Numbered from the stretch's first letter, positions 9,376 to 19,329 are shown. The stretch: 64,000 nt of DNA from Candidatus Nanohaloarchaea archaeon (GCA_014297435.1 JACOQA010000004.1:1-64000); one strand, 5' to 3'. Numbers and translations are program-made. Notes: generated from the letters alone by a model not told the origin.

Positions 9376-9547
9376 GTTTTTCTCCCCCCTTGTCTGGAGT
9401 TTAAATTTGTAGATCAAGCCTTAAAAATCTTTCGAGACAATTTGAAGCGATCTCCTGCTTCCTCAAACCGACTTGAGCAAAAACGAGTTCGGAAAGACTC
9501 CTAAAACACTGAGAAAGCGGTTTATTCACAGGTGGTAACATTGTTGT

Positions 9548-9955
9548 CTAGAACTTCCTTACCTGATACAACTCAAGAGAACCGTCCTCCGAAACACTAG
9601 AATTATCGCTGTAACGGAAATACAACATGTAACCATCAGAATCTAATCCTAGAAGCTCAACCTTCGTATGTTCCTCACCGTCTCTAACCAAGCCATTCAG
9701 CCTCTTATCAAAGGAACCGTCTCTGTTCACATCGATATACATACCTGCCTTATCAGAACTCTCATACATCAGGTTGATCGAGCGGTTATCGAAAGAGGCG
9801 GTCGCAACTTGGGTCGAAGAGTTAACCCTGACATCCAGCAACTTCGAATAACGCTGCTCCACAGGTTCAGACTGGAAAGACTGCCCTATCAAAGCACCTG
9901 CCCCCGTCGCTAAAACAAAAATACTTGCCAACAAGACCAGATCTCTATACTCCAT
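9548..9955 (-). CDS. Hypothetical secreted/membrane-anchored protein
   Basis: N-terminal TM; DVNRDGSFD Ca-binding-like loop. Confidence 0.7.
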   Translation of the reverse strand: MEYRDLVLLASIFVLATGAGALIGQSFQSEPVEQRYSKLLDVRVNSSTQVATASFDNRSINLMYESSDKAGMYIDVNRDGSFDKRLNGLVRDGEEHTKVELLGLDSDGYMLYFRYSDNSSVSEDGSLELYQVRKF

Positions 9956-10036
9956 AGTTAATCATTCTTTCTCTAACGCTTTAATTTGTCCCCGCTCTTC
10001 TACAAACTATTAAGATTTCAATCAAAGGAGTAGTGT

Positions 10037-10708
10037 ATGACTACCAGTGAAACCATGCCACTGGAAGATTGCTCTAATATGGTCAAGGAGTTTGTAGATA
10101 GATATATGGTCGAGGGACTGGAACCTATTCCCAGAGATGACTTGAATGAAGGAGACCTGATAGTTCTGCACTCTCCATATCATGATGAGGCAGGATGCAA
10201 CAACTCCGCCTTCGAATTTGGTTTCTACAACCCACACCATCCGGATGAAGAAGCAGATAATGCCGATATCGGACTTGAAGGATCTTTCTATGCATTAGGC
10301 CGATTCAACCTATGGAATATTAACTCCCCAACCCCTGAATTAGATCTCGTCGGATACTACAGCGAAATAAACATCAACCAAAGTGCTGACGATGAGCTAG
10401 CGGATTTACCTCAAACACCTGAATCAACCGAGGTTCCTTTCCCCAACAAACAGGAACTGAAAGATGAAGAAGTTTCAGAAAACGCAACACAAAGCATCAC
10501 AGAACCCCTAGGAATTCAAACAAATCATAAGTGGCGAACTGAGCTCTACACAAGCAAATCACTTGATCACAGATTGGAGCTTGTTGACCGAGGATGGGAA
10601 TCAGACTATCTAACCCGGCTTGAGGACGAGGACAGAGAATATTTCAGAACAGTTTTAGAATCCTTAATAGCGAGGACAGAAGTACCAATCTATGTTGAGC
10701 ACATATAG
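10037..10708 (+). CDS. Hypothetical acidic protein
   Basis: 223-aa ORF, SD AAGGAG, acidic composition. Confidence 0.7.
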   Translation: MTTSETMPLEDCSNMVKEFVDRYMVEGLEPIPRDDLNEGDLIVLHSPYHDEAGCNNSAFEFGFYNPHHPDEEADNADIGLEGSFYALGRFNLWNINSPTPELDLVGYYSEININQSADDELADLPQTPESTEVPFPNKQELKDEEVSENATQSITEPLGIQTNHKWRTELYTSKSLDHRLELVDRGWESDYLTRLEDEDREYFRTVLESLIARTEVPIYVEHI

Positions 10709-10755
10709 AGAAGTTCAGAACTCGTTATGCAAATCTATGAGAGAGACAAAGTTTT

Positions 10756-10864
10756 TGCGGCGTCGGGGATTTGAACCCCGGTTACGACCACTCTGCCCTT
10801 CAGAGAGCGTCTGGCTCTCGTTCTGGATGGCAAGGTCGTGTCTTAGCCACTGGACCAACGCCGC
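10756..10864 (-). tRNA. tRNA-Gly(GCC) with 37-nt canonical 37/38 intron (10791-10827)
   Basis: Cloverleaf GCGGCGT/ACGCCGC, anticodon arm CGACC-TTGCCA|intron|T-GGTCG, T-loop GTTCAAATC; BHB helix TTGC/GCAG. Confidence 0.93.
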
Positions 10865-10908
10865 CTTTCAGTTAGACTCGAGGGGTTTACAGTTAAAAAC
10901 CATCCGGT

Positions 10909-11484
10909 CTATTCACTGAACCGACCTAGGAACTGAAGTAATGCGCCTACTGTGCGGTCCTCCTGAACCTCACCATTAAGGCACATTTCCTTTACTTCAT
11001 CAAAGCTGTACCAGTCGGCTTCTATACTTTCCCCCAACTCTGTATCTTGCTTAACTTTTTCGAAGTCCTCAACTATGAAGTAGTACAGATTCCATTCAAC
11101 TGTGGCTCCGGAATGGTTTTTCTTGAACAATTTAACCTCACTAGGTTTTATACCTGCTTCTTCGACAGCTTCGGTCTTCGCTGCTTCTCGAGCTTTGGGA
11201 ACAATTTTCTTCCCTTTTTCGAGGAAACTGTTGTAGTTTTCTAGCGAATCAAACACTTTGCCACCCGGCAACCTTATATCTCGACAGCCTATTTCATGCC
11301 GGTATTCATCAGTCAAAAGCATTCTTTCATTTTCAACTATGATCAGCCTGGTGCCTGGCGCTCTCCTCGCTATTTCAAACGTAGTTCTATTTTCTCCTAT
11401 CTTCATCGGCTGTCTGATGATTTCAACTATATCTCCTTGAGCAAAGATTTCCTCATCGCCATCAGGCTGCGGTATTTTGGACAT
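10909..11484 (-). CDS. NUDIX hydrolase (ADP-ribose pyrophosphatase-like)
   Basis: LPGG...AAKTEAVEEAG Nudix box with an insertion. Confidence 0.85.
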   Translation of the reverse strand: MSKIPQPDGDEEIFAQGDIVEIIRQPMKIGENRTTFEIARRAPGTRLIIVENERMLLTDEYRHEIGCRDIRLPGGKVFDSLENYNSFLEKGKKIVPKAREAAKTEAVEEAGIKPSEVKLFKKNHSGATVEWNLYYFIVEDFEKVKQDTELGESIEADWYSFDEVKEMCLNGEVQEDRTVGALLQFLGRFSE

Positions 11485-11581
11485 ACTAACCGCTTATTAA
11501 CAGCAGATTAATATTAGTTGAACCTGGAAACCCTCGGGTAAGCCGCAAAGTTAAGAGTATTCCGTGATTGACTACAACTAT

Positions 11582-12505
11582 ATGACTGAGGACGTGAGGG
11601 ACTTGATTATCGTGGGAGGGGCTGTCGCAGCCCAGACATCTGCAATCTACGCTGCTAGAAGCGGAATGGATGTACTTGTTATTGCGGACGAGTACGGAGG
11701 ACAGATAAACAATACTGACGTCGTAGAAAACTACACCGGGTTCAAACATATTTCAGGACCTGAACTTGCGGAAAACTACCTAGAACACATGAGAGACTAC
11801 GATGTTGAGGAAGAAAAAGGCGAGAAAATCGTCGACATAAGAAAGAATAATGAGATATTCGAAGTTGAGAACGAGTCAGGTGACGTATTCGAATCCTACT
11901 CTGTTATTATTGCAACGGGCGGTCACAGAAGAAAGCTTGATGTTCCAGGCGAGGAAGAGTTTGAGAACAAAGGTGTAGGCTACTGCGCTGTCTGCGATGG
12001 ACCGCTTTACCAAGGCGAGACTGTTGCTGTTATAGGAGGAGGGTATGCCGGTACAGAAGCCGCAGTCTACCTTTCAGATATTGCCGAAAAAGTTTACGTT
12101 CTTTCACGTTCAGGAGTACTGAAAGGTGAGGAGATAACCAGAGAGAAAGTTAAGGAAGCCGAGAACGTTGAAGTACTTGAAGAAGCTCTTACCCAAGAGT
12201 TTTACGGCAATAATCTGCTTGAAGGATTGAAGTACGAGGATGAAAACGGCGAACTACAAGAACTAGAGGTTACAGGCGCATTTGTTGAAATCGGAACAGT
12301 TCCGAACTCAGATATAACCGATCTAGTTGAAACGAATGAAGGAGGTTACATCAAGGTTGACAGAGAAATGCAGACCGGTACTGAAGGCTTGTTTGCTGCT
12401 GGCGATGTAGCTGACTGGGGTGCCCAACAGCTGATAGTATCAGGCGGAATGGCGTGCCAAGCAGCATTAAACGCTTCCGATTATGTGAAGGAGAGGAAGT
12501 CTTAG
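11582..12505 (+). CDS. trxB: Thioredoxin-disulfide reductase
   Basis: IIVGGAVA FAD loop, IIATG, CAVCDG redox motif, VIGGG NADPH loop, FAAGD; ATG 11582 preferred to GTG 11564. Confidence 0.92.
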   Translation: MTEDVRDLIIVGGAVAAQTSAIYAARSGMDVLVIADEYGGQINNTDVVENYTGFKHISGPELAENYLEHMRDYDVEEEKGEKIVDIRKNNEIFEVENESGDVFESYSVIIATGGHRRKLDVPGEEEFENKGVGYCAVCDGPLYQGETVAVIGGGYAGTEAAVYLSDIAEKVYVLSRSGVLKGEEITREKVKEAENVEVLEEALTQEFYGNNLLEGLKYEDENGELQELEVTGAFVEIGTVPNSDITDLVETNEGGYIKVDREMQTGTEGLFAAGDVADWGAQQLIVSGGMACQAALNASDYVKERKS

Positions 12506-12532
12506 AGAGCTATTGACTGCTAACCTAAAATG

Positions 12533-12961
12533 CTATGAAAGTATCTCTTTCATCAGATCGACATCCTCAATTTCGGCTTTAGCTATAAGCGAACATCTGC
12601 TTGAACCTGAATCGATCAAGGGATAGGAATCTTCCTCTAATCTTGAGGTTTCAACGTCAAGAGGTGAGGGATCGACAACTTCCTCGTAGAAGGACTTAAT
12701 AAGGATTTCTTCTTCGCCGTTCCTGCTGAAAACCGATATAGTATATTCTTGAGTATGGTAGTTTCTTCTTGAGTCTGAAAGCGCGAAAAGAACGTCCTCC
12801 ATAAACTCTTCTGGTTCGAACTTTCCTTTTGCAGGTCTGCTGTATTTTTCCGGGTCTACCTTCCAATTAACCTTCTCTTCCATATATTCCTGAAGATCCA
12901 TAACCTCAACTATCCCCGTTTTTCTAAACATGGAAGTGGATGTGTAATCCTCTGTACTCAT
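12533..12961 (-). CDS. Hypothetical protein
   Basis: 142-aa acidic ORF, SD GAGGT upstream. Confidence 0.7.
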   Translation of the reverse strand: MSTEDYTSTSMFRKTGIVEVMDLQEYMEEKVNWKVDPEKYSRPAKGKFEPEEFMEDVLFALSDSRRNYHTQEYTISVFSRNGEEEILIKSFYEEVVDPSPLDVETSRLEEDSYPLIDSGSSRCSLIAKAEIEDVDLMKEILS

Positions 12962-12966
12962 AGTTC

Positions 12967-13584
12967 TTACCTCATCTCTCCAACATCAATAACATGTTCT
13001 GGTGCATACGCAAACATACTGTTCTTTTCCACTACAACACCGTCGTAACTTGCACCATATCTGCCGAGTATATCTGCTACAACCTCAAAGTTGTCTTCAT
13101 CTAAGCTTGCATGATCTGTTCGAAGCGTGCCATCATATGATATCGTGAACCATGGATTTGGCTCACCTATCTGAAAAGTATAGCCTATGTCGACATCTTC
13201 TGCTGCCTGTTGGGGGAAGTTACCTGATCCGTACACGGTAGCTCCTGCATGAAGAACTCCCATCTCATTATCAAGCTCTTCATATATCTGGAGAAATTTG
13301 TCGACCGGAAAGTCGATCGAAGTATCCATCCGAGTGTTGAAGCTTTGGTAGTTCGCTCCTTTTTTGGCGTGGAGGAACATGCCGATCTGATTAAGCCTCT
13401 GAAGTCGTTCAAGCCGTTTTTCAAATGGGTCGTTCTCTATATCTGCCATTTGTTCCTGTGGCACCTTGACTTCGATACAGGGCATAGATTCCCTCAGTTT
13501 CATATCCTCTTCCTCCATCCTATCCTTCAATATGCTGTAGGCAGAGGTTAGAGAATCTTCATCTTCAAATTCCAGTATAGACAT
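12967..13584 (-). CDS. Hypothetical protein
   Basis: 205-aa acidic ORF, operonic with 12533-12961. Confidence 0.7.
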   Translation of the reverse strand: MSILEFEDEDSLTSAYSILKDRMEEEDMKLRESMPCIEVKVPQEQMADIENDPFEKRLERLQRLNQIGMFLHAKKGANYQSFNTRMDTSIDFPVDKFLQIYEELDNEMGVLHAGATVYGSGNFPQQAAEDVDIGYTFQIGEPNPWFTISYDGTLRTDHASLDEDNFEVVADILGRYGASYDGVVVEKNSMFAYAPEHVIDVGEMR

Positions 13585-13625
13585 TCTTTCTCTTTGGAAA
13601 GTATGAGAATCAAATTTTATACCTG

Positions 13626-13907
13626 TTAAATTAATTCCTCTTTCTCCAACTTATCCTTCACTTCCTCAAAAATCAGTTCATGACCTCTATTTCCCGGATT
13701 TTTTCTATCCATAACTTTTTCCCTCCATTCTTCTCTATCTAGATCCCTGCTTGTGTCGCCTAAGTGAGAAAGATTGTAAACCTGACGGTTTTCGCTGTTT
13801 TCCAGTGGTTAACGGCGTAGATCTTCTGCGAGGCGATCTGCCTGACCTCCTTTAGGATTCCAGAAACCTGATGTGATACTGGCGCCGAAGACAAGAACAC
13901 GAGTCAT
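13626..13907 (-). pseudogene. SGNH/GDSL hydrolase pseudogene
   Basis: MTRVLVFGASITSGFWNPKGG (block I) then a stop; shifted frame continues VYNLSHLGDTSRDL (block II) joined almost directly to D..NPGNRGHELIFEEV (block V-like). Confidence 0.7.
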
Positions 13908-13945
13908 AAACGCAACTTTACTAATTAGACTAATTAAATTCGATG

Positions 13946-14356
13946 TTATTCGAAGACAGGTTCAAGGACTTCTAGAACGGTTAGATAAGGGTTTTCTGAT
14001 GGGTCCTCGCTTTTTATATGTACCTCTCTGCAGCCATCATAGACAACGATTGCATCCTCATCGGTTTCTACTGTTTCTTCAAACTTATCAATTCTTTTTT
14101 CCAGATATTTAGCCAATACTCCCGACCAGGTTATATCATCTTCAAGTTCGATCCCTGTATCCATTAATGCCCTGGCTTCATACCATTGATCTATTCTTTC
14201 TTGGTCTCCAGAGATCATTTTGCTGGCTACAACGGCTTCGGTTATATCTTCCGGATAGCTTCTGAAGCTCTGTCTTAGAGCTCTACAAGTATCTCTGTAG
14301 AGGCTTTCGTTCCAGTCCTCTCTAGAGGTGTTCTTCAGTTCGGCAATAACATCCAT
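13946..14356 (-). CDS. Hypothetical protein
   Basis: 136-aa acidic ORF. Confidence 0.7.
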   Translation of the reverse strand: MDVIAELKNTSREDWNESLYRDTCRALRQSFRSYPEDITEAVVASKMISGDQERIDQWYEARALMDTGIELEDDITWSGVLAKYLEKRIDKFEETVETDEDAIVVYDGCREVHIKSEDPSENPYLTVLEVLEPVFE

Positions 14357-14429
14357 TATTTACTACCTTATAATGAAACAGTTATATTGTTTCTGATTGT
14401 TTAAAGACTTCTTCACCTGATAATAAGTT

Positions 14430-14666
14430 ATGGAAGAGACAAAGATGGCGAAGTGCGTTTTCTGCGGTGAGAATGCCACAAAGAAGAACAAGAAGGGACA
14501 GCCAGTCTGTAAAGAACACAGGAAGAAAGAGCCCAGAGATGTTGCATGTCCTGAATGTGGCATGCCTATGAAGATTAAAGAAGGTCGTTACGGTTTCTTC
14601 TGGGGCTGTGAAGGGTACCCTCAATGCGACAAAACGTTCCAGGTAGAAGACTTAATAGAGGACTAA
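14430..14666 (+). CDS. Stand-alone topoisomerase-type C4 zinc-ribbon protein
   Basis: CPECGMPMKIKEGRYGFFWGCEGYPQC plus N-terminal CxxC...CxxH; start may be ATG 14445. Confidence 0.85.
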   Translation: MEETKMAKCVFCGENATKKNKKGQPVCKEHRKKEPRDVACPECGMPMKIKEGRYGFFWGCEGYPQCDKTFQVEDLIED

Positions 14667-15109
14667 CGCCTTTTATCTAATTCTGCGGGTTCTTCAATCT
14701 GCAGCCATTCTTCGGAGTTATCCTGATTGTATATCATAAAATTGCCGGCGGCGACCATTTCCCTGACCTTCCCATCTGCACTCCCTTTCTGTCCAACGTA
14801 GTCCCACTCCTGACCTGGTTCTTCAACACCTGAATCTTCTAGGAGTCCGTCGTCGTTTGCTGCTAGTTTGTATGCGGCCTCCTCTAGACCTGATTTTGTA
14901 GGTTCAAAGTTGTAGCACTCCATCCGCGAAGCGTTGAAGAGGAAAGGTCCTTCAGCCGTCTCGAAAATACTTAGATACTGGTCTTCTAGAGAAGAAAGAA
15001 CTGTTTCGCTGTAGTCTACTCCTATTTCCTCGGCGTATGTTCGAGGTTTAATCTGCTCATTATTAGCGATTTGGTCTAGTTCGACTCTCCAGACCTCGTT
15101 CTCGTCCAT
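14663..15109 (-). CDS. Hypothetical protein
   Basis: 148-aa acidic ORF; C-terminal MIYNQDNSEEWLQ resembles a small haloarchaeal domain. Confidence 0.7.
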   Translation of the reverse strand: MDENEVWRVELDQIANNEQIKPRTYAEEIGVDYSETVLSSLEDQYLSIFETAEGPFLFNASRMECYNFEPTKSGLEEAAYKLAANDDGLLEDSGVEEPGQEWDYVGQKGSADGKVREMVAAGNFMIYNQDNSEEWLQIEEPAELDKRR

Positions 15110-15215
15110 ACCGTATAAATGTTAAATCAACATTTAAAAATATTAGTTCTTGCCTGGTAACAACATTTCCTAAAGTTTGTTATTTGACTATTAATAAACA
15201 CCTTTAACCTGCAAA

Positions 15216-15289
15216 GGGTCTGTAGCTCAGCCGGACAGAGCACTCGGTTCCTAACCGAGCGGTCGAGGGTTCAAATCCCTCCAGGTCCG
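15216..15289 (+). tRNA. tRNA-Arg(CCT)
   Basis: Cloverleaf; anticodon arm CTCGG-TTCCTAA-CCGAG; GTTCAAATC T-loop; upstream TATA TTAATAAA. Confidence 0.95.
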
Positions 15290-15296
15290 TAACACA

Positions 15297-16082
15297 CTAA
15301 TCCTCAAATATAGATCTCTCAAGATAGGAATCCAGAAACTCGTCCGGCCTATAAGCCTCCCATTCACCACTCATTTTTCTAGAAACAGAGCTTTTCGAAT
15401 TATCATAACTAACCTCTACACCAGAAAGATCAGATATTCTTTCGGCTATACTTCCTATAGAGCGATGGCTCTCATAAGCCTCAAGCCTTGACCCATTACC
15501 AACTTCTGTTATAGCACTTATGGCGTCCTCAATATGGATGAAAGGTCTCAGCTGGTTTCCATCGCCGTAGACCTCTAATCTTTCACCTTCTTTAGATCTC
15601 TCGGTAAAGCTATCTATAACCCCGCTTCCTGATCCATAGACGTTTCCAAGTCGGACAATCGAATGATTCTCGTATCCCTGTATAATTGATTCTCCTACGG
15701 CGTTAGCCCCCGGATAACTTAACCAATCTTTATCTTGATCAGGATTAACTTGGGCAGCAGAACCAGATGATACATAGACTATCCTAGGCGAACTATCAAT
15801 TTTTCTAGCTTCTTCCAGCAAGTTTTCAGTGCCTTCAACCTCAGGCCATTCCTCTCTCGGAGCTTCACCGTTATTCAGGGTAGCTAGATGATAAACTGTA
15901 TCGAACTCTTCAAGCCGGACAGGTAGATCCGAAGAAGTTATATCGCAGTGCAGGAGCTGGCTTTCAAAGAGTTCAGAGCCACTTGATCTTGATATGCCTA
16001 GCGAATTGTCCTCTAGACGAACAGAAAGTTCAGGTCCAAGATTGCCGGTAGCACCTAAAATTAGATTGGAAAACCTGCCCAT
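15297..16082 (-). CDS. NAD-dependent epimerase/dehydratase family (extended SDR), degenerate
   Basis: ILGATGNLG, VYHLA, YVSS, RLGNVYG, GDGNQLRPFIHIED; catalytic YxxxK reads YPGAN. Confidence 0.8.
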   Translation of the reverse strand: MGRFSNLILGATGNLGPELSVRLEDNSLGISRSSGSELFESQLLHCDITSSDLPVRLEEFDTVYHLATLNNGEAPREEWPEVEGTENLLEEARKIDSSPRIVYVSSGSAAQVNPDQDKDWLSYPGANAVGESIIQGYENHSIVRLGNVYGSGSGVIDSFTERSKEGERLEVYGDGNQLRPFIHIEDAISAITEVGNGSRLEAYESHRSIGSIAERISDLSGVEVSYDNSKSSVSRKMSGEWEAYRPDEFLDSYLERSIFED

Positions 16083-16141
16083 CAAACTGTCGGTTCTATC
16101 CAAACAATAAATATCTCAAACCAGAGTACTAATTATTATCT

Positions 16142-16723
16142 ATGAGGCTAGATGTCCCGTTTCATAGACAGGAGTCCGACTATGACTGCGGTCCGGCAGC
16201 ACTGAAAATGGCCTTAGACTTCTTCGGAGACAGTAAATCGATGTCGGAAATAAAAGACCTATTGGAATATTCAGAGGGCGACGCAGTATTCACAGTTCAA
16301 CTCGCCACAGCTGCTGAAGAAATCGGACATGAAGTAGAGTTCTATACGGCTGAGCCCGACAACGATCACGATGACAAAGAGTTCCATAGAGAACATGCTG
16401 TAGACAAGGAGAACGGCGAACTTTACAGGGAAGCTGAAGATGCCGGGACCGAATTAAAATTCGAATCTATATCGCTCGAGGAGATCAAAAAGAGACTTAG
16501 AGAGGGCGAGCTTCCGATCGTGCTGGTTGACTGGAATATACTGAAAGACAGGGAAGGATATCAAGGCCATTTCTTGCCATTTGTAGGTTTCGAAAGTGGG
16601 AAGGTTCTTGTACATAATCCCGATGCCGAGGATGGATCTTACATGGAGATAGAAGAGGAAATGTTCGAAGAAGCCAGGAAAGCTGATGGCACAGATCAGG
16701 ATATTGCTTTAATCAAGAAATAA
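16142..16723 (+). CDS. Peptidase C39-like cysteine protease
   Basis: VPFHRQESDYDCGPAAL, GHFLPFVG, VHNP. Confidence 0.85.
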   Translation: MRLDVPFHRQESDYDCGPAALKMALDFFGDSKSMSEIKDLLEYSEGDAVFTVQLATAAEEIGHEVEFYTAEPDNDHDDKEFHREHAVDKENGELYREAEDAGTELKFESISLEEIKKRLREGELPIVLVDWNILKDREGYQGHFLPFVGFESGKVLVHNPDAEDGSYMEIEEEMFEEARKADGTDQDIALIKK

Positions 16724-16724
16724 G

Positions 16725-17426
16725 TTAGAGTATTTCGACAATTTCCCCAAGTTCTCTTCCTTTACGGTAAAGCTTCGCTGGTCTATGAGAAACGCCTTCA
16801 GTCTTCTCTCCTGTATCTTCGACAATATCTTTCTTCTTTAGTTTCCTCCTAAAGTTTCTTCGGTCAAACTCTCTATCGAACACAGTTTCATAGATATCCT
16901 GGAAATCGGAGAGCGTGAATTTTTCAGGTAGGAAAGAGTAAGCTGCTGTAGAGTACTCCATTTTAGCTCTTAAACGTTCAATTGAGTAATCTGCGATCTC
17001 TTCGTGGTCAAAAGCTAGCTCAGGCAGACTGTAAGCAGAGTGCCATTCAATATTTTCCAGTTCGTCTACATCTCGAACTTCTTCATAGTTGACAAGTGCG
17101 TAGTATCCGACTGTTATAACCCGTGTTCTAGGATCTCTTTCCGGTTTTCCAAACGTGTATAACTGTTCGAGGTAGACGTCTTCCAAACCGGTTTTCTCAT
17201 GTAAGGTTCTTTTCGCTGCGTCCTCTAGAGATTCATCCATCTCTATGAAGCTTCCGGGCAGCGCCCATTTTCCTTCGTCCGGCCACGAATCCCTCTTCTT
17301 CAGTAAAAGCTTTAGGTCGTCATCCTTGACCGTGAAGATTATCAGGTCTACCGTCACTGAAGGTCTGTCGAAAGCTTCCTCGTCATACTCTTCGAGGCTA
17401 TCGAACTCGGGTTTTTCCTGAGTCAC
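16725..17426 (-). CDS. nrtR: NrtR Nudix-related transcriptional regulator
   Basis: SVTVD, WALPG, LEQLYTFG..RDPR, LAFDH Nudix domain plus wHTH (LPEKFTLSDFQDIYE...RNFRR...RPAKLY); adjacent to NAD salvage genes. Confidence 0.92.
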   Translation of the reverse strand: MTQEKPEFDSLEEYDEEAFDRPSVTVDLIIFTVKDDDLKLLLKKRDSWPDEGKWALPGSFIEMDESLEDAAKRTLHEKTGLEDVYLEQLYTFGKPERDPRTRVITVGYYALVNYEEVRDVDELENIEWHSAYSLPELAFDHEEIADYSIERLRAKMEYSTAAYSFLPEKFTLSDFQDIYETVFDREFDRRNFRRKLKKKDIVEDTGEKTEGVSHRPAKLYRKGRELGEIVEIL

Positions 17427-17432
17427 AGTCTT

Positions 17433-17449
17433 TGTGTAAAAACTACAAG
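17433..17449. promoter_or_regulatory. NrtR operator upstream of nrtR
   Basis: TGTGT-AAAAACT-ACAAG fits GT-N7-AC, between TATA (17451-17458) and GTG start. Confidence 0.7.
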
Positions 17450-17452
17450 AAT

Positions 17453-18142
17453 TTAAAGAGCACGGGCCTGGTAGCCCCTGCCCTCCAGGAAGTCTTCTAC
17501 CTCGTAGGTGTCGACAAGCTCGACGCCCTCATCCCGCCACTGTTGCTTGGTTTTCTCAGCTGCTTCCGGATCGATACCCGTCATCGCGTCCTCAACCGCA
17601 TAAACCTGCACATCCCTTTCAAGCAAGCCCTGGATCGCCTGATCGTTGCAGACCTCGGTCGCCACACCGTAGACGAAAGCAACGTCGGGATTAACTTCTT
17701 CAACCACCGGATCTGCATGGGGAGTACCTTCAAACACGTTAAACTTGTCTTTGTAGAGCACTATCTCTCTCGGATTATCGTGAAGCCTTTCCCCCACATC
17801 GTAATCTACACTCCAGTCAAACTTTACCGGATTAGCGGGGTCTGTTGCACCGATAAACTCAGCGCCTCTCGTGTTCTGCATGCAGTGAGGCGGAAATGTC
17901 TGATCGAAGTCAGGTTCTCCTTCGAACACGATTTCCTCAGAAGCCTGGTTGTGCCAGTCCGCGGTGTTGATCGTAGTTAAGTTGTATTCCTGAGCTAGAG
18001 AAGTCAGATGACGGAGGTTTTCTCTTATAGCTGTCGCACCTTTTCCTTCGTTGACCGGGAGCTTTCCCTCAGGTTCAATAAAGTCGTACTGGGTGTCAAC
18101 GTTCCAGAACACGACCTCGTAAGGTTCGAACCAGTTGCCCAT
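17453..18142 (-). CDS. pncA: Nicotinamidase (isochorismatase family)
   Basis: VDTQYDF, DWH, FPPHC, K, GVATEVC motifs; context with NAPRTase and NrtR. Confidence 0.88.
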   Translation of the reverse strand: MGNWFEPYEVVFWNVDTQYDFIEPEGKLPVNEGKGATAIRENLRHLTSLAQEYNLTTINTADWHNQASEEIVFEGEPDFDQTFPPHCMQNTRGAEFIGATDPANPVKFDWSVDYDVGERLHDNPREIVLYKDKFNVFEGTPHADPVVEEVNPDVAFVYGVATEVCNDQAIQGLLERDVQVYAVEDAMTGIDPEAAEKTKQQWRDEGVELVDTYEVEDFLEGRGYQARAL

Positions 18143-18143
18143 T

Positions 18144-19316
18144 TTAGACCACCTGCACCATGTTCTCCTGCCTGTAATTCTCGATTTCGGCAGGATCCTG
18201 CTCCCTCCCTACTTTTGCGACAGGCTCTCCCTCTATCATATAGATGTCTGAGGTTGCGTGCATGTTTTCCGAGTCTTTGAAGCTTCCTGCACCAACCATG
18301 TCAAATATGGTGTAGCCTTCGTCTTCTTCGAATCTTTTCTGGGCTCCAGCAAACTGTCTTGCTTTGATGACATCTCCCATACCGCTTGAGATAGCTAGAT
18401 CGACGTTTTCCCTGTAACCAGTATCTATGAGTTCTCTTGCCAGTCCTTCAACTGCGTCCACAGTCATACCTTTCCCTGTCTGATGTGCATCGTACCTTCT
18501 TACTTCATCGGCAGTTTCAGCGTAGTTCTCTCCGCATGTATCCATTCTTGCCACTAGCTCGAAGTCTTCGCCATGCTCTTCTTCCATGTAATCACAGACT
18601 TCAAGCAAGTCAGTTGCTTCTCTGTTCGCTGTATCGATCAGTACCGGCGTAGTTCCTTCCGTGTACTCGTCCATGGCTTTTGCGGCTTCGAGTGTTGCGT
18701 TATCCAATCCGTGCTTCCAGGCGAATGGAAGTACGAATGCGTGTGGCATAGTTCCAGCCGGGTCCTTTCCGTGCGTTTCTGCTCCGGCTCTTGTTGAGTA
18801 GTTTACCGCTCCGTTTTCTATGGCTGCTTCTGCGAGCTCTTTCTGTTGAGCGGGATGGTAGTGTCTGGCTCCGAAGTCGGCGAGAGGAACCCCTACTTCT
18901 CCGAAGATATCGGCTATCTCTCCTACTGCTTCGCCGTATTTCTGTGGATCGGGATGTTCGAGACCGTTTGCTTCAGTTAAGTGGTGTGAGACGATTCCCA
19001 GGTTCAGTGTTTCCGGTTCCAGTAATTGTTGTGCCGGACCTTCGAGAAGCATCAACGGCTCCTTGGCTTCGAATGTTTCGTTGGTGTTGATGTAGATATC
19101 AACGTCTTCCGTCATTTCGTCGACGATTCCTGCGGCTTCCTCGAGTCCCTCTGTCTTGGCCTCTCCTTCGGGTCTTGCGAACACTTTCTTCGTTATTCTC
19201 GGGTTCAAAGACTCTTGTTCTAGGGCCTCAGTTGTGTCTGTGAAGTAGATGTCGGTTCGGTCTGTTAGGTTTTCTGGCGGGTTGTTTTCGAACTCGTGTG
19301 TTTTCGTGGTTTGCAA
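18144..19316 (-). CDS. pncB: Nicotinate phosphoribosyltransferase (archaeal type)
   Basis: TDIYF, FGARHYHP, GTMPHA, LIDT, RMDT, ISSG, ATSDI, AKVGR; start probably TTG 19316, 5 nt after GGTGA. Confidence 0.85.
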   Translation of the reverse strand: MQTTKTHEFENNPPENLTDRTDIYFTDTTEALEQESLNPRITKKVFARPEGEAKTEGLEEAAGIVDEMTEDVDIYINTNETFEAKEPLMLLEGPAQQLLEPETLNLGIVSHHLTEANGLEHPDPQKYGEAVGEIADIFGEVGVPLADFGARHYHPAQQKELAEAAIENGAVNYSTRAGAETHGKDPAGTMPHAFVLPFAWKHGLDNATLEAAKAMDEYTEGTTPVLIDTANREATDLLEVCDYMEEEHGEDFELVARMDTCGENYAETADEVRRYDAHQTGKGMTVDAVEGLARELIDTGYRENVDLAISSGMGDVIKARQFAGAQKRFEEDEGYTIFDMVGAGSFKDSENMHATSDIYMIEGEPVAKVGREQDPAEIENYRQENMVQVV

Positions 19317-19329
19317 CTTGATCACCTTC

